From Candidatus Saccharimonadota bacterium (lineage in GTDB: Bacteria; Patescibacteriota; Gracilibacteria; Absconditabacterales; Absconditicoccaceae): a DNA stretch of 32,000 bases. Under the pieces are notes generated by a model. The model worked only from the letters and a program-made list of their open reading frames with translations. It was not told where the DNA came from and did not search any database. The translations under genes and the position numbers were made by a program. Location: positions 840,001 to 872,000 of the forward strand of contig CP006913.1 of NCBI GenBank assembly GCA_000503875.1, given 5' to 3'. Positions 21,995 through 31,342 of the stretch are shown in pieces (position 1 is the first letter of the stretch; every line of letters begins with the position of its first letter).

Positions 21995-22122
21995 TACAAT
22001 ATTAAACATTATTATATAATACAAAAGAGTCATTAAGAATCTGATTTTCGTTTGTTTTTTTTTCTGTATTTTGTATAGTAAGTTATATCAAAAGACATTA
22101 TTTACCATTTACTGTAACAAAA

Positions 22123-22854
22123 ATTCACTACCGCACCATTATTATTTCAGACGTTCATTTGGGTACTCCTGACACAAAATATCAGGAAGTATTTGATTTT
22201 CTGACAACAAACACTTGTGATAATCTAATCCTCAACTGAGATATTATCGATGGACGATATTTAAGATATTTTCCAACACGACCAACAGAACAAAGAAAAG
22301 TTATTGAATATATTCTCAATCTTTGAGAAGAGAACAAGGTAAAAATAACCTACCTCAAAGGAAATCACGAAAGATTACGAAAAAATCTTCTTCCTATAAA
22401 AATAAACAATATCGTTTTTGCTGATGAAATAATTTATCAATCAGGAAACAAAAAATATCTGATTTGTCATGGACAACAATTTGATAAAAAAATCTGCTGT
22501 ATCATGGGTATAGAGACCATTTCTTTTCTAGGATGATTGTTTCTTTTTCGACTTAACAGAAAATTCAATAACCGAAGAATAAACCATGGATATACATATT
22601 TTTCTCTCGTTTGAAAAATCAAACGATTAGCTAAAAAAATAGCTCTATGAGGAGAAAAGTCATTCGATGAAAAAATCAAAAATCTTCTTCACAAAAAACA
22701 ATGCGATGGACTCATTTGTGGTCATTTGCACAAATCTGCAGATAGATATATAGGAAAATATCACTACCTCAACTCTGGAGATCGAATAGAATCCCTTACC
22801 GCATTAGTTGAGACAGAAAATCACGAATGGAAAATTATAAAATATGGAAAATAA
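22123..22854 (+). CDS. LpxH-like calcineurin-type metallophosphoesterase (UDP-2,3-diacylglucosamine hydrolase family fold)
   Basis: Frame 1 is open from 22006 to TAA 22852-22854 across about 7 TGAs. Motifs IISDVHLG, LNGDIIDG (Gly is TGA 22237), GNHE and GHLH. The start is unresolved: there is no ATG, GTG or TTG upstream of the DVH motif, so ATT 22123 is used provisionally. Confidence 0.6.
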
Positions 22855-24300
<1,446 letters not shown>

Positions 24301-24314
24301 GATTTGGTTATCAT

Positions 24315-25211
24315 CTAAAATATCGTTGCTACTTTAGGATCTCTTCCTTGTACCAACTGATCATTTCATCATCATTTTAAACCAAGGTTTTGAACTATAG
24401 TTTTGGCAGATCCTGTATTCATAAACAAAGCAAAATTTCACTCTTTTGTATAGATCAAAAAATTCTGATTTTCAAATATTTTTCTAACTTGTCCCAACGC
24501 AATTTTAAAATCAATATCGCTAGGTATTTCCAACACAATATTTAAGTCTGAATTATTGGTTTTATTTGGCAATCCGTGCAACATATCAGCAACTAATTTA
24601 TTTTGTAATTGTCCAAAAGAATTTTGTAAAGCTTCATGTTCTTTGATTAATTTTTCTGCTTTATCAACGACTTGTTTTTGACCAACGCTAAATTTTTGTG
24701 ACAAATCATCCAAAATTTGATCTTTTTCTTGTACATATTCAAACACTTTTGGTCCTGTCAAAGCCACAATTCTTTTGATACCAGAAGCTACAGATTCTTG
24801 AGCAAGAATCACAAAACATCAGATATCTTTGGTATTGCTTACATGAGTTCATCAGCAAAGTTCAGTAGAAACATTCTGATCAACTTTGACCACTCTCACC
24901 ATATCTCCATATTTATCTTCGAAAAATGCTTTTGCTCAAAGTTTAATAGCTTCATCATACGAAGTTTCAAAGTTTTCTACAGGCAAAGCCGCATAAATCA
25001 AATGATTGATTGTTTTCTGAATTTCCAAAAGTTCCTCACCAGTTAAAGCTCTATCCGCAGCAAAATCCAATCTCAAATAATCTTCATCTACAAATGATCC
25101 TGCTTGTTTTGTTTCAGAAAAAATAGTACCCAACTGAGCGTGCAACAGATGCGCAGCCGTATGAGCTCTCATTTTCGCATATCTTTGAGCAATATCAACA
25201 ATAAGTTTCAT
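24315..25211 (-). CDS. alaX: free-standing alanyl-tRNA editing protein (AlaX-L type: AlaRS editing domain plus shortened C-Ala/DHHA1-like tail)
   Basis: ATG 25211 to TAG 24317-24315 (299 codons). Joins track ORFs 24936-25211 and 24438-24812. HxxxH motif MRAHTAAHLLH. The CGGTH motif has both Gly as TGA (24854-24849). The C-terminal GLKGGGND has three consecutive TGAs (24374-24366). No AlaRS catalytic domain lies upstream. Confidence 0.8.
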
Positions 25212-25243
25212 AAGATGATATATTATTGTTAAAATTTATTGTA

Positions 25244-25444
25244 TTATAAACCCAAAGAAGAAATATCTATAACTTCATCTTCATTTGGCAATTCTCCAGT
25301 AAGATTTTCACCAGTAAGTGTTTCAGCTGGCGCATTTTTGTTCATATCTACAAAATACATCACAGAAACTAATCAACTAGAAAGCAAAAAAACAGCCAAA
25401 ATAATAAGAACAAAAAATTTCATAACTCTTTTTTGAGAAACCAT
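25244..25444 (-). CDS. small membrane-anchored hypothetical protein (66 aa)
   Basis: ATG 25444 to TAA 25246-25244 with one TGA: MVSQKRVMKFFVLIILAVFLLSSGLVSVMYFVDMNKNAPAETLTGENLTGELPNEDEVIDISSLGL*. It has an N-terminal TM helix and lies on the same strand just upstream of alaX. It competes with antisense track ORF 25239-25436(+). Confidence 0.4.
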
Positions 25445-25487
25445 TTTTATATATAAAGATTTAAAATCAGTAATTACAAACTAAGTT

Positions 25488-25559
25488 TGGCCCGACCAGG
25501 AGTTGAACCTGGGTTTCAATCTTCGCAGGATTGAGTCCTATCCACTGAACGACCGGACC
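25488..25559 (-). tRNA. tRNA-Arg (anticodon GCG)
   Basis: The reverse complement folds as a cloverleaf: GGTCCGG TC GTTC AGTGGATA GGAC T CAATC CTGCGAA GATTG AAAC CCAGG TTCAACT CCTGG TCGGGCC A. Acceptor stem is 7 bp (two G-U pairs), T-loop is TTCAACT, anticodon loop is CU-GCG-AA. CCA is not encoded. Confidence 0.85.
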
Positions 25560-25651
25560 ATCAAAAAGTAACTGTAAGTATTTCCCATCAAAACTCAAAC
25601 CAAAAACGCCATTAAATTACTATACATATGAAATATTTGTTTATAAATTTA

Positions 25652-25680
25652 AAATTAGATTAAAAAACTTAATCTAATTT
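25652..25680. promoter_or_regulatory. perfect 12-bp inverted repeat (candidate operator) abutting the -35 of the 25747 gene
   Basis: AAATTAGATTAA-aaaac-TTAATCTAATTT (25652-25663 / 25669-25680), 4 nt upstream of the -35 box at 25685. Confidence 0.35.
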
Positions 25681-25684
25681 AAAA

Positions 25685-25713
25685 TTTGCATATTTTCTCA
25701 AAACCACTATAAT
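25685..25713 (+). promoter_or_regulatory. sigma70-like promoter
   Basis: TTTGCA (25685-25690), 17-nt spacer, TATAAT (25708-25713), about 30 nt upstream of ATG 25747. Confidence 0.5.
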
Positions 25714-25746
25714 AATAAAAAACCTTTTTACTTTTAAACAAAAAAA

Positions 25747-26442
25747 ATGGCAGAAACAAAAACAAAAGAAACAGCAGCAGCAAAAGAAGTAAAAGCTGTT
25801 GAACCAAAGGTAGAAGCTAAAACAGCCGAACCAAAAGCAAAAAAAGCGACAAAAACAAGCAAAGATGAACTTATGGAGAAATATCTCCAAATGGTACAAT
25901 TCGTACAAAATACAGTAGGTAATATCGAAAATGATCTCAAAAGAGTATCAATCGTATTGAGCCAACTTTCAAAATTCAATCCAGAAAAACCAGAAAGCTT
26001 CTTGGAAATCGACAAAGACGCAAAAGATTTTTTCTGAGAAACAGAACTCAAAACCTATTCAGAAGAAAATATGGAAGTAGTAGAAGGAAAATTTGATGGA
26101 TACTTTATGATCGGAGCCGACCAAAAGAAATATCCAGTTCCTTTGAATTACTCAAGTAAAACTAAGCTTATTCCCGGAGATGTACTCAAACTCAAAATTC
26201 TTGAAGATGGTAAATTTATCTACAAACTTATCCAACCAGCAGATAGAAAACACGTTAGAGCTATCCTTTCCAAAACTGAAGATAACAAATTCATCGCTAT
26301 GACAGATGATGGAAAATCATTTTTCCTCAATCAAGCTGCGGTAAGCTTCTTCAAAGGAAAACCAGGTGACGAATTATACATCTTAGTTAACGAAAAAGAT
26401 GATTCAGCATTCGCTGCTATCGAAGCTATTATCAAAAAATAG
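25747..26442 (+). CDS. hypothetical protein with Lys/Ala/Glu-rich N-terminus (231 aa)
   Basis: Track ORFs 25747-26037 and 26071-26442 share a frame and join across a single TGA (26035-26037). Stop is TAG. No family recognised. Confidence 0.6.
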
Positions 26443-26492
26443 CTCGAATATTATTAAATAATTAATTAAATCTGACATACTTTCACACAAAG

Positions 26493-26517
26493 ACTCCTCT
26501 TAAATGGGGAGTTTTTT
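26493..26517 (+). terminator. intrinsic terminator
   Basis: ACTCCTC-TTAAAT-GGGGAGT hairpin followed by TTTTTT, 50 nt after the stop at 26442. Confidence 0.65.
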
Positions 26518-26563
26518 CATTTCCTCTTGCCATTCTCCCAAAAATACTTACAATACATCTACT

Positions 26564-27286
26564 ATGCACGAAAACCGAGGAACTAAGCTTATAAATTTCT
26601 TTTTCCCAAAAACCTGTATTAAATGTAAAAAGACAGGTGAATATTTGTGTAATGATTGCAAAAAAACACTCACTCCACATCCTGAAATCTGTCCTTACTG
26701 CCACAGAATTTCTGCCAATTATCAAACTTGCTTGGACTGCAAAATAACCCCATACAACGCTCTTGAAGGCGTGATAATACCTTTTTCTTATTCAGATACT
26801 ATCAAACAACTTATCACAAAATTCAAATATAAACACCAAAAAGATTTGGTCGATTTTCTCGCTGATAGACTTATCGTTATTTTACAAACCAATGAGAAAT
26901 TAAACAAACTCATAGAAGAAAATAATCAGATTCTTATAGCCTACATTCCAACTCATCGATATAGAAAACATTTCGTCAAAGGCTACAATCAATCACAAGT
27001 TTTAGCCGAAAATATGAGTCAAAAAATCCAGATTCCAATTATTGAATTATTACAAAAACCACAAGCTAGTAAGGCACAAGCCAAATTACAAAGAACCCAA
27101 AGATTGGTTAATCTTCAAGGAAAATTTATTTTCAATTCAAATATTCAGTTACAGGGGCACGAAACAATACTTCTTATAGACGATGTAACAACCACCAATG
27201 CGACGTTAAATGAAGCCGCACGCACTATCAAAGCACAATATCCATACACAAAAATACGAGGATTAGTAATTGCGAGACATAATTAA
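26564..27286 (+). CDS. comFC: ComF-family phosphoribosyltransferase-domain protein
   Basis: Track ORF 26504-27286. ATG 26504 lies inside the upstream terminator hairpin, so ATG 26564 is preferred. The N-terminal zinc-ribbon pattern is CxxC...CxxC...CPYC...CxxC. The PRTase loop is ILLIDDVTTTNATL. No in-frame TGA. Confidence 0.75.
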   Translation: MHENRGTKLINFFFPKTCIKCKKTGEYLCNDCKKTLTPHPEICPYCHRISANYQTCLDCKITPYNALEGVIIPFSYSDTIKQLITKFKYKHQKDLVDFLADRLIVILQTNEKLNKLIEENNQILIAYIPTHRYRKHFVKGYNQSQVLAENMSQKIQIPIIELLQKPQASKAQAKLQRTQRLVNLQGKFIFNSNIQLQGHETILLIDDVTTTNATLNEAARTIKAQYPYTKIRGLVIARHN

Positions 27287-27443
27287 CAAAACCAATCGGC
27301 GCAATTAGATAATCACAACATTTTTTCACAAAAAGGCAAGTCGAAACACCTGCTCTTTTTTTTTATTTTAGGTTTTTTAAGCGTTCTCGGTTATACTTAG
27401 AGTAAGTCGTGACAAAAACTTTTAAACAATATAAAATACTAAA

Positions 27444-29060
27444 ATGACAGATCCAATTATTCAAAATCAAGCACAAGGAGGAACAAATCCAATGCCAGTA
27501 CAGGCAGAACCTCAAATAGATTTTGATCTCAATTTACCAGCAAACGAAGAAACTCCTACAAATGAAGAGCCTATAATTTCGTTAGATTTTGATGATATTC
27601 AAAAAACTCAAATAGATAATACACAAGAAACTAACGTAAATGATAGTTCTTTTGTTGAAGAAGTAAAAGTAGAGGCTGTTCCAGTTGTTGAAACTCCTGT
27701 TGTCGAAGCTACTATTGTCGAAACTCCAGCTGTTGAAACTCCAGTTGTTGAAGCTCCAGTTATCGAAACCCCAGTTATCGAAGTCAAAGAAGACAATCGA
27801 TTAGATCAAGAAGACGCTCTTGTTGAAGAAAGTAAAAAAGATACTGAAGCAACTCCCGTTATTGAAACTAAAAAAGAGCCAGAAATCAAAGAAGAATCTT
27901 TAAATATGTTTAGCGAAGAAATCGTTGAAACACCAATAGTTGAAGCTCCAGTGGTTGAAGCTCCAGTTATCGAAGAAGCCCCAGTTGTTGAACAACCAAT
28001 CGAACAAACAATTATACAACAAGAAATCGAAAAACCAGTACCAGGAGAACCACAACAAAATTTTCCACCAAGTACAAATTTACAACAAGACCAAGCAATA
28101 ATCCAACAAATTCAAGCAAGTGCTGGAAAACCAAGCGAACCAGTAGTATCTACTCCAGTAGCACCAACTGCAACAGAAGTAAATCTAGATGATCTTTTGA
28201 ATACTCCTGCACCACAAAATCAAGCAACAACACAACCTGTTATTGCAGCACCAATGCCACAAATGCCAGCATTTACTGGAATTCACGGATATTCATTACC
28301 ACCAATTGCGACACAAATAGGTCAACAAATCAAACAACCACTCAATAAAAAAATTCTCATCAATTTCTGAGTAGGAATTATCGCATTAGTTGTTGGATGA
28401 TTTATGTTTAAAACAATGTATCCTCTAGAATATCAAAAAATAGTAGGAAACACTCCAGAAACTGGTATCGAAAGTGAATTAACAAATCCAATAGAAACAA
28501 CTGGAGAATGAACAGATGTTGAACCAACCGATGGATTATTCGAAAATCCAGCTTTAACAAATTATCATGCTGCTGCCGAAGACAATTCTGGTAGTAATGG
28601 TGATTTTAATGCATTTGAAGATATTGAACAAACCATGACTGATGATAATGCAAAAATCAAAGAACAACTCCAAAAGTATGTTGATGAAGGCAAGAAATAT
28701 CTCGTTATTGGAAAAAGAACAAATGATAAAAATATTACTAAATATAGTCTATTTTTGTATAAAAAAGCAACGGCATTGTTGTTAGACATTGAAAATGGAA
28801 CTCAAATCAGTACTGATGAACTAGATACACAATTAGCTGATTTTGAAACCTATTTACAAAAACTAACCGGTACTGGATCTAATGACGAAATTCTTCCAAC
28901 ACAACCAATTACCCCAACGCCAGAAGAATTTTTCTGATCAGAAAATAGTTGAACAACACAAGAAGAAACAGTGACTCCAGCCGAAATCCCTACAACAACA
29001 GAAAGCTGATCAACCACACAAGAGACAGAAACTCCAGCTGAAAACTTATCAGGAAACTAA
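27444..29060 (+). CDS. acidic Pro/Val/Glu repeat protein with one central transmembrane helix (538 aa)
   Basis: ATG 27444 to TAA 29058-29060 in one frame across 6 TGAs, joining track ORFs 27444-28370 and 28635-28937. Pentapeptide repeats (T/A)PV(V/I)E. TM segment ILINFGVGIIALVVGGFMF. Thr/Glu-rich tail. Confidence 0.6.
27678..27782 (+). repeat. seven tandem 15-nt coding repeats (VPVVE/TPVVE/ATIVE/TPAVE/TPVVE/APVIE/TPVIE); a second shorter block lies at 27930-27992
   Basis: Direct reading of the period-15 units gaa-act-cca-gtt-gtt and variants, in frame within the 27444 CDS. Confidence 0.8.
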
Positions 29061-29061
29061 A

Positions 29062-29952
29062 ATTCAATCACACAGTCTAACGAACCTAATTGACAAATAT
29101 ACGTATTATCTCACCTACGAAAAAAACGTCAGTAAAAAAACATTGGAAAATTATAGCCTACGACTCAACAGACTCGTAGATTTTCTTGGAGATATTACTA
29201 TTGAAGAATTAAACCGTATTCAGGTTTTAGATTTTAGAATGGAACTCAGCAGACAAGGACTTGCAACAAAAACAATTAATTATCATATTGTTGCTATCCG
29301 CGCATTTCTCAAATTCATTTTAAAAAATGATATAGACTGTATGAGTCCAGATAAACTTGAACTCGCCAAAACTCCTCCTAGAGAAGTTAATTATCTCGAT
29401 GAAGATGAAATTTTGAAAATTTTGGAAGCACCAGGAAAATTGGCAAACAAAAATGTTGAACAACAGACAAGAGATATAGCAATTTTGTATATGCTTTATG
29501 GAACAGGACTGAGAGTTACTGAACTTATCAAGCTCAAAAAAACAGACATCAAAATTGATTCCAATCAGTTTTCTGTTATCGGAAAATGATCCAAACTTAG
29601 ATCAATTTTTGCTACCAAAATCGCCAGAGAAAAATTACAAAATTATCTCAAACAGAGAAAAGATAATTCCGAATATCTCTTTACAACTGTTTCTGTAAAT
29701 GGTTTGGGAGAATATCTCAGTAGAAATAGTATCGAAGATATTGTAAGAAAATATGCAAAATTAGCGGGAATTACCAAAAGAGTTACCCCACATACGCTCA
29801 GACATAGCTTTGCAACTTCTCTTATCAAAAAAGGCGCCGACATCAGAGCAGTGCAAACACTTCTTGGTCACGCTTCTATTACCACCACACAAATCTATAC
29901 TCACGTCGATGATAGACATCTCAAACAAGTCCATGATTTGCTTGAATCTTAA
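29062..29952 (+). CDS. tyrosine recombinase, XerC/XerD family
   Basis: Track ORFs 29143-29589 and 29704-29952 share a frame and join across TGA 29590 (the GKG motif). Motifs GTGLRVTEL (Arg), HTLRHSFAT (HxxR) and [15 protein letters not shown] (His/Tyr). The homologous core-binding helix [23 protein letters not shown] lies upstream of TTG 29143. ATT 29062 is the provisional start, so the start is uncertain. Confidence 0.8.
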
Positions 29953-30042
29953 ATCTGAATAAATAACATTCCAGTCAGTCATTACGACCCCAAGCGAAAC
30001 AAAGGGGAAATTCACTATTTACACTATAAATTTATAAAAAAA

Positions 30043-30660
30043 ATGAACCAAGAAGAACTCCTCAAAAAGTATGAAGACATTATCAAAGAAGAAATTAATA
30101 TCAAAGAAATTACAGCTTTGGACAGCAGTATCAAAGTTAAAAAAATATTTAAACCCCTAGGAAATCAACTTTCTGCAAAATTTGGAAAAGATACAGGAAA
30201 AATTATTCAATTCGGAAAAATGGGAAATTTGAAACAAGGAGAAAACAATCAGATTGTTGTTTTTGATGATGCTTGAAACGAACGAACACTTGAAAATTCG
30301 GATTATGAAATTGCTTACGAAGGATTAGAATGAGACAACATCGCGATCGATAACGAAATCATCGCAAAGCTCGATTTAGAAATTACTCCAGATCTTGCCA
30401 GAGAATGAGTCGCTCGCGAAATATCTAGATTTCTCAATCAAATGAGAAAAGAAGCGAAATATAATGTTGACGATAAGGTACATCTTGCCTACCAAACCGA
30501 TAGTAAATATTTGATGGAAGTAATGTCAGAATTCTGAGAATTTTTACAAGATGAAGCGCTTGTTAAAGAAATATCTCACAACACTAGAAAACCAGCAGGT
30601 GATATTGTCGCAGAATTCACTTCTGACGAACAAATGATGATGATCGCTTTGAAAAGATAG
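30043..30660 (+). CDS. free-standing protein resembling the C-terminal extension of type-2 isoleucyl-tRNA synthetase (DUF5915-like)
   Basis: ATG 30043 to TAG 30658-30660 across 4 TGAs, extending track ORF 30043-30276. ...KPLGNQLSAKFGKDTGKI... and ...LDLEITPDLAREGVAREISRFLNQMRKEAKYNVDDKVHLAY... match the IleRS C-terminal pattern L.EL..EG.ARE..R..Q..RK.AG..V.DRI. Confidence 0.55.
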
Positions 30661-30869
30661 GATGATTACTTGAAAAGATAATTAAATTGAGCAATAAAAA
30701 GAACAAACAAAAAAAGAAAATATCAACAAATCAGCATCATCATGAGCCAAAACAGGAATTCAATTATAATGAGACGCTAATTCTAAATAAAATATTGCTT
30801 TGATATTTGATGTATGTTGTTTGTTTTTTATTGCGAAACAATGACGACTTTATGATCTTAAATTAAATA

Positions 30870-31310
30870 ATGGCCCAACAAACTTGTCTAGATTATGCAC
30901 TTCATTATATTTCTCGCTATCCAAAAACCGAAAGCGAACTCAAAATTAAACTTATGCAAAAAGGTTATTTTTCCAACGATATCGAAAAAGCAATGAATAT
31001 TCTCAAAGAAAAAAAATTTCTTAGCGATGAATTGTTTGTAGAAAGTTATGTAAGAAGCGAACTTATGAACAAAGGTAAACCGCCTATCGCAATTATCAAA
31101 AAGCTTCAAGAAAAATGAGCAGATAAACACCTTATTATGAAAATCATCAAACAAAATGAAGAAGACGTAAATAGCGGCGTAAGAGAAAGAATCAAAAAAG
31201 AAATCGCAAGCTACAAAAAAAGAGGCGAAGAATGATTCGATATTATTCAAAAACTTATGCGCAAAGGATACAGATTATGAGACATCAAAGATGTTATCAA
31301 CAACAAATAG
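30870..31310 (+). CDS. recX: RecX-family regulatory protein
   Basis: ATG 30870 to TAG 31308-31310 across 3 TGAs, extending track ORF 30870-31118. ...[28 protein letters not shown]...[14 protein letters not shown]...GK..I...L..KG... matches the three-helix RecX repeats. Confidence 0.7.
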
Positions 31311-31342
31311 ATTCTGATTTTATTTATTATAGACAAGCTATC

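Noticed and set aside
25239-25436. Track ORF of 65 aa on the plus strand
   Set aside because: The opposite strand gives a 66-aa protein with a clear N-terminal TM helix, in operon orientation with alaX, once its single TGA is read as Gly. The plus-strand product is Ser-rich with no features. Confidence in either is only moderate.
26504-26563. ATG 26504 as the ComF start (the track start)
   Set aside because: That ATG lies inside the loop/3' arm of the intrinsic terminator of the upstream gene (26493-26517). The family-typical CxxC N-terminus begins right after ATG 26564.
27678-27992. Short tandem repeats as a CRISPR-like or non-coding satellite array
   Set aside because: The period is 15 nt with no spacers. 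The repeats are in frame within a long ORF and encode a regular pentapeptide, so this is a coding repeat, not a CRISPR array.
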